The notes under the pieces were generated by a model, which was not told the DNA's origin, did no database searches, and saw only the letters and a program-made list of their open reading frames with translations. The position numbers and the translations under genes are program-made. From Novakomyces olei (Eukaryota), in the NCBI GenBank assembly GCA_016906335.1, contig JADEYG010000009.1:496001-560000 (forward strand): a stretch of 64,000 nucleotides of DNA, in the 5' to 3' direction. Below, piece after piece: positions 13,905 to 25,751 of this stretch (its first letter is position 1; each line of letters begins with the position of its first letter).

Positions 13905-16484
13905 TTAACTCTCATCTCGAGCATTTGCATTAGAAGGATCAGAACCTTGATCCACGCCAATCTGGGCAAACTTCTGTTCCAGCCCAGTCGCGTACTCCGG
14001 CAGCCTTAAAGTCGCGAGACCCGATAAAGGCGGCGAGAGTAAGGGCTCACTCGTAAGAGGGAGTAGAGGATGTGAAGTGTACCTTGCACTGCTTCCAGGA
14101 GCCACTGAACTTGCAGAATTGCCAGCCGTGCTTGAGCTTCGACTACTGCTCCCGTGGATTCCTCGCTGTGAACTTGTTGAAGGTATTCTCTGGTGCTTAT
14201 TACTATTCCCCCCACTGTCATTATTAATATTGTTATTAATATTGATATTGTTATTTAAATTGCCAAAGTAACCTGCGCCCACACTTCCCGGTGCTGGTGA
14301 AGTGGGCTGTGACGATTGGCTGCCATCAAAGGCAAACAGCTCTGGTCTTTCAAGCACAGGCGTCGACCGAGGCAGTCCATTTGTGCTGGCACTGCTTACA
14401 CTTGCCCTGTGCGTTTCTGCGATTCGGCCAGCGGCTGGGCCTGAAACTGCGGCACTTGCCGTCAGCCCAGTAGCAGCAGTATTGGTCAAGTCAAGCGGCG
14501 AATTTGATCTGTAGGCTGAGAAAGACGAGGTAGTAGTGAACGGTGTAGTAGCAGAGTACTCGTGGAGGAACGGGCTCGGTGGCTGAGATGAAGCTGAAGA
14601 ACTTGGGCCTTGTCCAGGGCCGGGATAGTGCATTCCCAGAGCTAGAGGCCTTCTTAGACTCACATCCGGGAGCAGAGGCGTATGGAATCCGGCAGCGTTC
14701 CGTCTCGTTTTCAAATCAGGCCGATTTAATTCGTCATAGCCCCCGGCTGCCGTCAAACCTACGTTTGGCTGGCGGCCATGGGCTCTAGTAACGACAATAA
14801 ACATTTCATCCGACTCTGTTTCCACATGGTGGGCGAGTCCAAACTTGGAGGCGATAACCTCAACAATACGCCGGGTTCCATTATCAGGGAACCTTCGAGA
14901 AGGAGCCGGATTTGCACTGGGATCGTCCCGGAAAAGTAGCATTTGAGAGTAGATTTCCAGGGTCATTGGGTCGTTCATGTCAATGTGCTTTAACCGCTTT
15001 TGCTCTTCCTGTAACTTGCGCTCCCGTTTTTCCCTCTCTGCGTTTTCCCGCTCAGCGGCAGGCAGAAGCCGCTTCAGCTCTACCCGCAGTTTTCGGCCCT
15101 GGACATCAATCCCATTTAGCATCAGCAGGACTTTGCGTGTCTCTTCCACAGTGTAAAAATTTGCAAAAGCAAGTCCGCGAAAGACGCCTTGGTCAAAGTG
15201 ATAGTTGAGTGCATACGGCCGTGGAGCATCCATGGCCACAAAGATGTGTAGTAGAGACTCCTTCTTGAGACTAAAAGGAATATTTTTAATCACAATTGCA
15301 GTAGGTATGGTTTCCTCAGGAGCAACAGTAGGCGGGCCAACTTGGGGAGTAGCGGCAAGGCTACTCTGGAGACTGGGAGTAGGAATACTGCTCTGCAGGT
15401 TAGATGCATTAGCAGCAGCAGGGGCATTAGCCGGCGGCTGGCCAGCAGTAGCAATGGAGGCCAGTGGAGTCAGGATACTGGCCTCGTCAGTTACAAGAGC
15501 GCCTGGAGTTCCCGCGGGAGTAGAGACGGTATCAATGTCTGTGCCTGGGAGGTTAGAGCCGAGACCAGAAGCCATATTCAGACTCCACTGGTTACCTCTC
15601 CGTGCAGAGGGCAACTGAGGAGGCTGAGCTGGCGTCTGCATCCGCATAGCACTCCCAGCCACGTGCATCGGGCCCTGAGTGCTGCCGAGACCAGGAGTCA
15701 AGCTGGCTGGAATTGCAGAGTTTGCAAACTGGCCAGGAGCTTCCCAGGGAGTCGATGAAGAACTCTTGCCCGCCGGGTCAGCACGGCTGCCAGGGAACGA
15801 AGGCGCAATTCCTGCATGAGGAGAAGATCCTGGAGGCGCTACTTCAAAGCCATAAGCGTCTGATTTTGGGAAGAAGGCAGATCGCTGGCGCCTCAGCAAA
15901 GGCGGTGTTGATCCGGGCAGAGATTTAGTGTTTAGGTGTCCGGATCCATTGCTCTGGGCCGAATGACTTGGTTGAATTTGCTGCTGAATCTGGTTTTGCT
16001 GCTGCTGTTGCTGCTGCTGTTGCTGCTGTTGCTGCTGTTGTTGCTGTTGCTGCTGCTGCTGCTGCTGCTGCTGTTGATGAAGAGGAGCGAGGGAAGAAAG
16101 ACTCGTAAAGTAAGAGCTTGCTCCCGAGTGAGCAGGCTGAGGTGTGAAAAACGGGTTCGGTCCTGCAGCAGAGCTAAAAAAGGAGGTGCTTTTATCAGTC
16201 GGCACTCCGCCAATGCCACTCGTCCTCATTCTCGCCTGGTTTTCGGGCGCATTGGCCGCTGGTCGAAATGCGGCAGTGTGAGCCGGGGCCTTGAATGTAT
16301 GGAGACTGGCTCCTCCCGTGGCAGGATTATTGCTGCTGCGTAGAGCTGCGCGTGGAGAAGTGGCAGAGGGCGGCCGGCTCGGGTGCGGAGAGGGCAGTGG
16401 CGAACGTCTGGCCGTGGATGTTACTGTGTCTGCATCAGTGTCTTGCGCGGTGGGGATGTTGAAATATGAAGAGTAAGGCTCCAT
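13905..16484 (-). CDS. PIN4: Pin4/Cip1-Cip2-like RRM (+R3H-like) RNA-binding protein with polyQ
   Basis: 859-aa ORF. IPTAIVIKNIPFS...YALNYHFDQGVFRGLAFANF...GRKLRVE followed by DMNDPMTLEIYSQMLLFRDD. Confidence 0.88.
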   Translation of the reverse strand: MEPYSSYFNIPTAQDTDADTVTSTARRSPLPSPHPSRPPSATSPRAALRSSNNPATGGASLHTFKAPAHTAAFRPAANAPENQARMRTSGIGGVPTDKSTSFFSSAAGPNPFFTPQPAHSGASSYFTSLSSLAPLHQQQQQQQQQQQQQQQQQQQQQQQQQQQNQIQQQIQPSHSAQSNGSGHLNTKSLPGSTPPLLRRQRSAFFPKSDAYGFEVAPPGSSPHAGIAPSFPGSRADPAGKSSSSTPWEAPGQFANSAIPASLTPGLGSTQGPMHVAGSAMRMQTPAQPPQLPSARRGNQWSLNMASGLGSNLPGTDIDTVSTPAGTPGALVTDEASILTPLASIATAGQPPANAPAAANASNLQSSIPTPSLQSSLAATPQVGPPTVAPEETIPTAIVIKNIPFSLKKESLLHIFVAMDAPRPYALNYHFDQGVFRGLAFANFYTVEETRKVLLMLNGIDVQGRKLRVELKRLLPAAERENAEREKRERKLQEEQKRLKHIDMNDPMTLEIYSQMLLFRDDPSANPAPSRRFPDNGTRRIVEVIASKFGLAHHVETESDEMFIVVTRAHGRQPNVGLTAAGGYDELNRPDLKTRRNAAGFHTPLLPDVSLRRPLALGMHYPGPGQGPSSSASSQPPSPFLHEYSATTPFTTTSSFSAYRSNSPLDLTNTAATGLTASAAVSGPAAGRIAETHRASVSSASTNGLPRSTPVLERPELFAFDGSQSSQPTSPAPGSVGAGYFGNLNNNININNNINNDSGGNSNKHQRIPSTSSQRGIHGSSSRSSSTAGNSASSVAPGSSARYTSHPLLPLTSEPLLSPPLSGLATLRLPEYATGLEQKFAQIGVDQGSDPSNANARDES
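15996..16076 (-). repeat. CAG/CAA repeat encoding a 27-residue polyglutamine tract
   Basis: Mixed CAG/CAA codons within the PIN4-like ORF. Confidence 0.95.
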
Positions 16485-17733
16485 ACAGATCCCAACAGCA
16501 CAAACACGTCTGCCAACCTAAAAGATCGCTAAACCGCAGCCGCACACTGTGCAACGGTACTTTGTCACGCGCTGACGGGTGTGCAACTTGAGAGTGAGAG
16601 AGTGATCCTCAGAGAGGAGGCAGCTGACAAAAAGTTTGAGTTGCTCAGTCTTTATCGTTAACCTTGGATTTTTGTAGCTGTAGCAGCATGAAACGCAGGC
16701 TAAGCCAATCCACTTTTAATGGTGCCGTTGGGCCGCTGTCTCACTCTGCCTTGCTGGCCGCTTGGAGTTTATCACGCTAACCGAACGATTGCTCAGCACT
16801 CGACGCGCGACTAGTATACGTATATTTTCTCTGCCCGATCACGGACACTAGTTTATTTTTTGTATAAGAGATCCGAAAGAAAGGTACCACTGCCGGAGCT
16901 GCCGCAAAAGTTAGACTATACGTGAGGTTTAAGCTTTATTACCTGTATAAACACTACTACAATTTGGAAGGGGGGTCTACTGACAGTTTATAACGTTAAA
17001 TGTGCGCCTGTAACAATATCGACAGCGGCTTGTATGTACTATTGTCGACTATGGTAGTTGTAAAGGTTAGACGAGAATGTGGATTTTCGCTATAATATGC
17101 GGGTTTAATATGCAGGTTTACAAGATTCTGGCACTAATGTACCGCACATAAAGGTTAGGATTAGGTATTTATTGTTGGAAATCCAAAGTTGCCAAGTCAG
17201 GGTTGCACGTACATTGTACAAGAGGAAACGTACGTACGTGCGTTTCGTTCGTGTTCAAGTTATACATGCTCGAGTGTAGTCTTTGTGTGGCACCGCCGGT
17301 GTTGCGTATATGATTGTAGCAATAACAATCCGCACGCCGGCCCTTCTTATACCTTTAATTCTCCTAATATATAAGTTAAGCTGCCAGCTTACTTTTAAAA
17401 GTACCCTCTAACATTGGAACTGAACCTGCAGGTGCAACATTACGAGAATCCTGTTAAAGTCAGCCAATTCTAAAGGAAAAAGTTCAAAACAATACTTTTA
17501 TCGGCATTTTCGTATGCGTCCCATGCACAGGTCTTCCCCGGAGCATAGTTTGTCAGCACCACCACCCATTTTGCGTCAATTTTAGCATCAATTTATTACG
17601 CTGCTCGCCCTCAATCCACAATCTTCCACGGCCATACTCTCCTTCGAGCCAGCAAGCCTAACCCTTGGTCTCCTGGCCCTGACTGACACTTTACTTTTTA
17701 CCCCACACTTTAGCCTCTGCCGGCTTTGCGGCA

Positions 17734-20219
17734 ATGAAAGTATCCACGCGCTGTCTACGCGAGACACCATTGTCTGCCCTGGTGGAAGAACAGGTACAGG
17801 CAACTCAGCAATGGCTATACTCGCCTCGATTTGCTCACATTCAGCGGCCTTACACTGCACGGCAATTAGTGGCAAAGTCACAATCTCCACGGGTCCCTGC
17901 ACTGGCGTCATCTTTTGCTGAAGCACAAGCTCGGAGACTGTATGACGCCATTGGTCGGGCTTACTCCTCTAATATTCCTCTAACTACAATGGGCCTTCTT
18001 GATCCCGTACAAATGACTCAGTTTGCACCTCTGCTCCCCGTGCTATATGTCTCTGGATGGGCGTGTTCCAGCACGCTTACTTCCACCAACGAGGTGGGTC
18101 CGGACCTCGCTGATTACCCTTACGATACAGTGCCGAGAGCAGTTGAGCGGATTACAAAGGCTCAGCTTCTACACGACCGAAAATCCTGGAATGCACATGT
18201 GGAAAGTTCTGGCAGTGCCCCTTTTGTCGACTACTGCAAGCCTGTAATTGCCGACGGGGATCATGGGTAATTTTGCTTCACTACTCGAAATTTGTGCCGT
18301 GTTTCGAATTGTTACAATTGTTATGATTTTTTAATGATTTTTTATAGTTTGTTTTTGTTGTTTCTTTTCTAACAGCAGGCATGGCGGCCCCACTGCAGTT
18401 ATGAAAACTATCAAGCAGTTTGTGAATGCGGTACGGTTCTGAATTTGGAATCACACGCTCACTGTACAGGGAACAGCGGGTATTCACTTGGAAGACCAAT
18501 ACCATGGCGGAAAAAAGGTAAGAACTGCGCTCTCTTTCTCTGACTCGAAATTTTATTCTCATTTATTCTAATTTGTAGTGTGGTCATCAAGGAGGCAAAG
18601 TCTTGGTTCCCACCTCTGAGCATATTTCTCGTCTAGTGGCTGCCAGACTGCAATGTGATATTCTTCGCACATCCACGGTATTAATTGCTCGAACTGACGC
18701 AGAGTCGGCTCGCTTGATTACGAGTGATGTTGATCCACGTGATCAAGAAGATATACTGGGCCTGCTTCATGAAGAGGATAATCCTACACTGCCCTTAGCG
18801 GACGTCATTGCCGCTGCACAACAGCAGGGCAAAACGCCGACAGAGCTGGCAGAGCTGGAACGGGAATGGGCCGAGCTTCATCCGCTCACAACTTTTGATG
18901 ATGGTAAGCAGAAGTCTTGTTTTTAAAAGTATTGTTTGTTAATGATTCATATTGTTTTTGTATTATTTTCTTCGATTTGTTTCCGAACCTTTTCTTTTAA
19001 TTTGTTTTTTTAATTGATCAATTTCTGCTTGACCCTTCTACTCAAGGATTCTTGCTGTACTCAAGCGCCTCCTTGATATGTTCTGCTCTTGTCGCGCATA
19101 ATATTCTGGTTATTCTTTTTCACAATAAGATTTTAATATTTCTGTTTCTTTTACTAATTGCAGCTGTGAACTTGACTTTGAAGGGTGAAGGATTCACAGA
19201 CTATTTGGAGGCTACTGCAGAGCAGTCTGTAGCTGAGAAACGTGCTTGGCTCACAAGGTATCATCCTGGCCACGACAAGCCACAATGGTCCGCTGCTGAT
19301 GCACGAACACGTGAGGGCTACTTTCAATTTCGCGGAGGCATGCGAGCAGCACAGAAAAGGGCACGACTCTTTGCACCGTTCTCTGATCTTCTTTGGTTAG
19401 AAACAAAGAAACCTGACTTGGACCAGGCTCGTTCGTTTTCAGAATCGATCCGCGCAAAAGTCCCACACGCTGCATTTGTGTATAATCTAAGTCCTAGTTT
19501 TAATTGGTCCGCTCATGGGTTCTCTGGTGAGTTTCTGGTTTTCACTCTCGTTTACTCGCTTTAAGATAAAGACCCTGAGGTTTTGAGCTTTGCTATTTAA
19601 GATTTTCTGCCTTGTCCATATCTGAAAATCTCATCTCTTTCACATTCGTCTCGTTTTATCATGTCTTTAATTGAATTTCAATTGATGTTTACGCGCTCTT
19701 TCTCGTTTGATGCTTTACAATTTCAATTGTTTCTATATGCTTTTGGCTTCAATTGGGCGCTCCATAGCCTTTATCGCTTTCTTTTCTTCTTTTATTTTTA
19801 ACTTGTCTACTTCTCCAATCTCACTTTGCCACTCACCAGTCTCTAACGCACCAGATTCTGATCTACGCGATTTCACTGTTCGACTGGGTGAAGCAAAATT
19901 TGTGCTACAGCTAGTAAGCCTCGCCGGCTTACACCTTGATGGCGTTATGGCGCGTAAGTCTGATCTCCTTGCCTTCAATGCTTACAAGTATCTCGGAAAC
20001 ACCTCTAATCCTACAGACAATGTGGCCAAAGCCTTTGCACGTGACGGGATGCTTGGCTACGTTTCAACTGTGCAGCGTGTTGAACGCGAAACGGGCTGTG
20101 ACGTTTTAACACATCAAAAATGGAGCGGTGCTGAATATGCAGATGGTATCCTCGAACTCATTGGCGGAAGTAGCGCCAGTCGAGGCTCTGTGCAAGACTC
20201 TACGGAGAGCAGTTTTTAA
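17734..20219 (+). CDS. ICL2: Isocitrate-lyase-family enzyme, probably mitochondrial 2-methylisocitrate lyase; 7 exons
   Basis: Spliced: [70 protein letters not shown] has the L/S pattern of methylisocitrate lyases rather than FITLAG. Confidence 0.88.
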
Positions 20220-20666
20220 ATTATCTCTCTAAAATGATATGGTCTCGCTGGTTCTTTTGATACGGGTTCGGTTTTAGTTGCTGTGTAATTTAAGCATTCT
20301 TGCTCTCAAAGACTTGTTCTCGTCCTAAGATACTCTATATTTTGTAGTTGACGGCATGAACATACGACTGCCTACGCTGACGTTTCAGCAACCACCGTTT
20401 ATCCCTTCGCGATTCATATAAACCCTAACCCTGTTCCTTTAGCCACGTTTCATTCATGTAACTGTAGCCCGATCATCCATCCTATACTACTTGTTTATTT
20501 GTCGAAGTAATTAAACGCTCTAATTGTTGACCAAACTTTTAATGGTTACTTATAAACCGAATGTTGTTGTTTCAAGTAACGCTGCTGTCTGAGGCCATAA
20601 AATAAATAACAAGCAGAGACGGAAAAGCACGAACGTGAAGAGCTCGCGACACGATACGGCAACAAT

Positions 20667-22822
20667 ATGAGGGAGATTATCAGGTACGCGCGTGTTTGCT
20701 GCAAGTTTCCGTCCCAACACTAACCCTCAATTAGCATTCACGTCGGCCAGGCCGGTGTTCAGATTGGCAATGGTAAGAAATTTTGATCCCAGCTCTGCCG
20801 TTTGTTTACACGCGTAAAAAGCGTGTGTAACGGTTTTTTGACGCGTGTTTATGGCGGCAATAGCTACTTTATAATGTAATATGACTAACATGACGCCTTT
20901 GTTTAGCTTGCTGGGAGGTAAATCTATTGTTCTGGCCTTTTGCAATGTTTGGCTTAGTGATTTTTTGGTTTTGCTCGGTTACTTTTTCTTTTGCCTTTTT
21001 ATTTTACGTGTCAAAGAGACACACAAACAAGATTGAGGCACGATATTTCGGATATCGCTGCATTTATACATTCAAGGCATCTGCTGAATCCCTGGCACGA
21101 CTTTCATTTGACCTGAAAGCTATAATTTTTTCCTTCTTTTCTTGTGGGCTTTATTTGAGTTTCGAATCTTTTTTATTCGAGTCTCCAATCTTTTCTCTTC
21201 CAAACGACGAGTCTGCCAAACCCGCAGCGAAATATGGCCATCATTCTAACGTCGGTAGCTTTACTGTCTCGAACACGGAATCCAGCCAGATGGTCAGTTG
21301 GATAAAAACGTGACATCTGCTGCTCGCGATGAGGGATTCAGCACCTTTTTCTCTGAAACTGGTACGTTTTAGTCTTTATTTTGTTTCTTTTAGCAATTAT
21401 CAACTAACCCAAATTAGGTGCTGGCAAATACGTGCCACGATCCATTTTTGTCGATCTTGAACCCAATGTGATTGACGAAGTCCGTGTGGGCAAGTACCGG
21501 CAGCTTTTCCACCCTGAACAACTCATTACGGGGAAGGAAGACGCGGCCAACAATTGTAATACACCATTTCCATATATTCTATGAGCAGATACTAAACGTT
21601 ACAGACGCCCGTGGCCACTATACTGTGGGCAAAGAATTGGTTGACTCGACTGTGGAGCGTATCCGCCGCATGGCAGATCAATGTGCTGGTCTGCAAGGAT
21701 TCCTTATCTTCCACTCCTTTGGTGGCGGTACTGGTTCCGGGTTTGGTGCTCTACTGCTCGAGCGTTTGTCGGTTGATTATGGCAAGAAATCCAAGCTTGA
21801 GTTTAGTGTTTATCCTGCCCCTCAAGTGTCTACAGCCATTGTGGAGCCTTACAACTCTATCCTGACTACTCACTCCACATTGGAACACTCTGATTGTTCC
21901 TTTATGGTTGACAACGAGGCTTGCTACGACATTTGCCGTCGCAATTTGGATATTCCGCGCCCTGGGTTTGAGAATCTGAACCGTCTTATTGCACAAGTCT
22001 GCTCTACCATTACGGCCAGTCTGCGTTTTGAAGGAAGCCTCAACGTCGACTTGAATGAGTTCCAGACTAACCTCGTACCCTACCCGCGTATCCACTTCCC
22101 ACTTGTCAGTTGTGCTCCTGTCGTGAGTGCTGCTAAAGCTACGCACGAGAGCAATTCTGTTGCGGATATTACTAACGCCTGTTTTGATATCAATAATCAA
22201 ATGGTAAAGTGCGATCCTCGTACAGGCAAATACATGGCAACCTGCCTCCTGTATAGAGGCGACGTTGTTCCACGTGATGTGAATAATGCTGTTGCTACAA
22301 TTAAATCGCGTCGTACTATTCAGCTTGTTGACTGGTGCCCTACTGCCTTTAAAATCGGAATCTGCAACAATCCTCCTCAGCACGTTCCTGGAGGTGATTT
22401 GGCAAAGGCCAGCCGCTCGCTCTGTATGCTCAGCAACACTACAGCTATTGCGGAAGCCTGGTCCCGGTTGGATCGCAAGTTTGATCTCATGTACAGCAAG
22501 CGTGCCTTTGTGCACTGGTACGTTGGCGAGGGCATGGAGGAAGGAGAGTTTAGCGAGGCTCGAGAAGGTATTGTGAAAAGAAAGAAGAAAAAGCAAAAAA
22601 TGTTTAAAAACAAAAAAAAAACGAAAATAATAATAAACAAATATAAAATACTTTAAATTTCAAGAATAAAACATACTTATGATTAAATCGACTGTTCTTG
22701 TGATATCCCTGTTTCAGATACTAATATTTTACCTAGATTTGGCTGCTTTGGAACGCGACTATGAAGAGGTTGGTCAGGACAGTGCGGACGTGGAAGATTT
22801 GGGTGCCGAGGAGGAGTATTAG
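20667..22822 (+). CDS. TUB1: Alpha-tubulin
   Basis: [34 protein letters not shown]...GGGTGSG...[30 protein letters not shown]...EEEY*. Six introns, with an 11-nt microexon near 20907-20917. Confidence 0.98.
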
Positions 22823-23513
22823 AGACTTTAAACGCTTTACTACCAGCATTCTCTTCCCGTTCTCCGACCGGTTCTAATTGGCTTTGATGCACTATACACT
22901 TGTTGAGGATTGGCAGTGTATAGCCTGTTCCTTTCAATTCTTTTCTGATGCAGTTGTGTTTTCATCTAATTCTTCTTTGCTTAATTCTAAATATCTCTTT
23001 GCTGGTATTTTTATTTAATTGTGTGATTTTCATCATGTCTTGTATAATCCAAGAACAAGTAGAGGTCAGGCGCGCAGCTTTATAGATTGCCAGAGTCTGC
23101 CGGAAAACGCATCTGGCCCAAACCGTAAATGGCACTGAACTGGCTGAAAGCCTATGGGCTTGTTTCAATTGTGTAAGGCACTGAATTTACATGCAAACGG
23201 ACCTTGATTGCTCTAGTCGACCGTAAAAACATAAGCCGAGAGGATGTAAACATAAGTAGGAAAGCATTGTCGGTGATTTGGCAAAAACATGGCTTCAAAA
23301 GTAAACAATTATGACGAATTTGAAGTTTGACGCAAACAGTTTCAATTCGCCTCAAACCGCCGTAATCCAAGCTTTATTTTATTGTATGGGAGTAAGATTT
23401 GTACCTCATTGGACTTTATTGCACGTTTAAAATTATAATGAGTCTAATTTTACACCATAGATTAATTCATGAAATAAATTATTATTTTATTTATCAGCGT
23501 CAAAAACTGCAAA

Positions 23514-25125
23514 ATGCCGGACAGAGTGGATAATAATCAAGATGATCGGCCCTCTGAGGAAACGTCAGCCACTGCTGATCCTATGGACATAGTCGCTAGC
23601 GGCAATGTATCTGATATGGATGATTCTACAGAACAAGAGGGCGATACGATACGCGCAAACGAATCAATTTTCTTTAAATTGCCGAACGGCGATCTACGAC
23701 TGGTCAAAGTGCCATCAAACGGGTATATTATTTGTTTTACATTTTCATTTACACTCTATTGGCGTTGTACTATTTAATGCTAGCAATCCTTTTATTTTTT
23801 TTTTTTCAGTTGCCCTTCTTTTTCTTTCCCTTTTCCCTGGTTTTCTTTCCTTTTTCTCTTTACACTTTTCTGATTTCTTTTCTTTTTTGTTTCAATTTCG
23901 TTGCAATACTAACGACAGAACGATCCAACTGGGCAAATTCGGCTCTTTCAATGCGAGCGACATAATCGGACGCCCCTTTGGTTACAGTTATGAGGTATAC
24001 GGGCCGGAAAAAATACGGGTTTTACCACCCGAGCAAGTGCAGACTATAGAGGAGGAAACAGCCACGAATGAAGAGCTGCGTGACGATCCCAATAATCAGT
24101 CACTTTCGGCTGAAGAGATTCAGCAATTAAAACGAGAGCACACAGATCCGCGTGAGCTAATTGCAGCTATTCGCGCGGGCAATCGTGATTTTGAAAAGAA
24201 GACGCAGTTTGCCAAGTTGAAGTACATTTCACGTAAACAGTCGCGTCATGCACAGGAGTTTACACCCGTGCTACCTTCAATGGTCGACGTAGCCAACTAT
24301 ATGATTGGCCGGGATCCTTCACGTGTTATTGACGCTACTCCAGACTCTGTAGCACTCATGCTGACGCTCGCTAATGTCCGTCCTGGAGGAGACTACTTGG
24401 TCGTTGATGATGCATCTGGACTATTGACGGGCGCAGTGCTCGAACGCGTAGGCAGTACTGGTCATGTGCTGACTATCCACTCTGGAGAAAACCCGAACCT
24501 TTCACTAGTAGACCATTTTGCCCTCGGCAGCGAGGGCAAAAGTCGGCAGTGCTCTGTTGCCGAGCTGGAGCAGGAAGGTCGGTTAAGTGTAGCAAATTGG
24601 ATGATGGTGCTCGCACCGGAAGAAGCCTTGGCCCTGTCGGAGCCCAATGGAGCTCCTGAAAATGAAATTCAGTCGCAACGGTACCGTGTAAGGTTGCAGC
24701 GTAAACGGAACCGTTACGCTCGTACTTTGGCGTGTGTTGAAAGGCTGAAGCGAGGCAATTTTGCCTCATTACTGTCCATATCCGCCCTCGAACCGACCAG
24801 TTTTATCCCCAGTCTAATGCAGTATATTGAGCTTTCTGCTACTATTGCTGTCTATTCTGTATTTCGAGAGCAATTGGCACCCTTGTGCCATAGACTCTCT
24901 GCCCTGGACTCTGATGTACTGTGCCCAGCCGTGCATGAAATGAGACATCGAGAGTGGCAGACACTAGAAGGTCGAAGGCATCCGGCCATGAGTATGCGAG
25001 GAGACGCTGGGTACGTTATGACGGGAATCAAGATTCGTAGAGCTGATAACGTTGTTGCCTCTGGCCGTCGTGCAAGTGGTAGACCGGCAAAAAAGAGGCG
25101 GACTGGGGATGGCGAGGGGGTCTAG
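23514..25125 (+). CDS. GCD10: tRNA m1A58 methyltransferase non-catalytic subunit Trm6/Gcd10
   Basis: After one T-rich intron: IQLGKFGSFNASDIIGRPFG, QSLSAEEIQQLK, FEKKTQFAKLKY, ANVRPGGDYLVVDDASGL, REWQTLEGRRHPAM. Confidence 0.9.
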
Positions 25126-25751
25126 TTCAACAAAATTGGAAGAAACTACAGACGTTGACTGCATTTCGAAAGTTCAAAATACATTATAATCAAATGAATT
25201 TAAATGCCGTTGTTTGGATTAAAAATTTTGTTAAGAGAATATAATCAATCAAATAATGAATAGATAAGCAGATGTAAAGAATGTGCTTTCATTTATTTTC
25301 AACAGCTGAAATATGTTTTTTTTTGTCTAGCATTGACCAAGAAGTCGAAAAAAAAATATGCCCTTTAAATCAATTAACTTTATAGCGCCAGCTATAATTG
25401 AGGAAAGCTCAGACATTTTGTGTACCGTAATATATAAGTACTTTGTACTTTGAAAATCTTTCAGATTGGTATCTGATCCATTTTCTCAAGTTTCTTTTCC
25501 ATCTTGTGTCCATTTTTTAAAGTCGCATGCGAAGCTAATTTTATAACCATCCGTCACCATTAGAAAATAGCCCTTGTTTCCACTTTGGCGGGCTTCAACT
25601 ATTAAAGCTTAGTCATTGTCCACTGCATAAAAATATGCAATAAACCTTAGAATAAGTACTTGTTCAAGTCATGTTGACTAATATTGTAGATAAAATTTTT
25701 CGCAATTAATCAATTAATTATACTAGCAGCAGGAGCTGGAAGCTTTACGCC

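Noticed and set aside
21751-22596. 281-aa antisense ORF, and similar antisense ORFs over PIN4, EDE1, AIR and PIG-Y
   Set aside because: Shadows of well-supported genes on the opposite strand, with no motifs.
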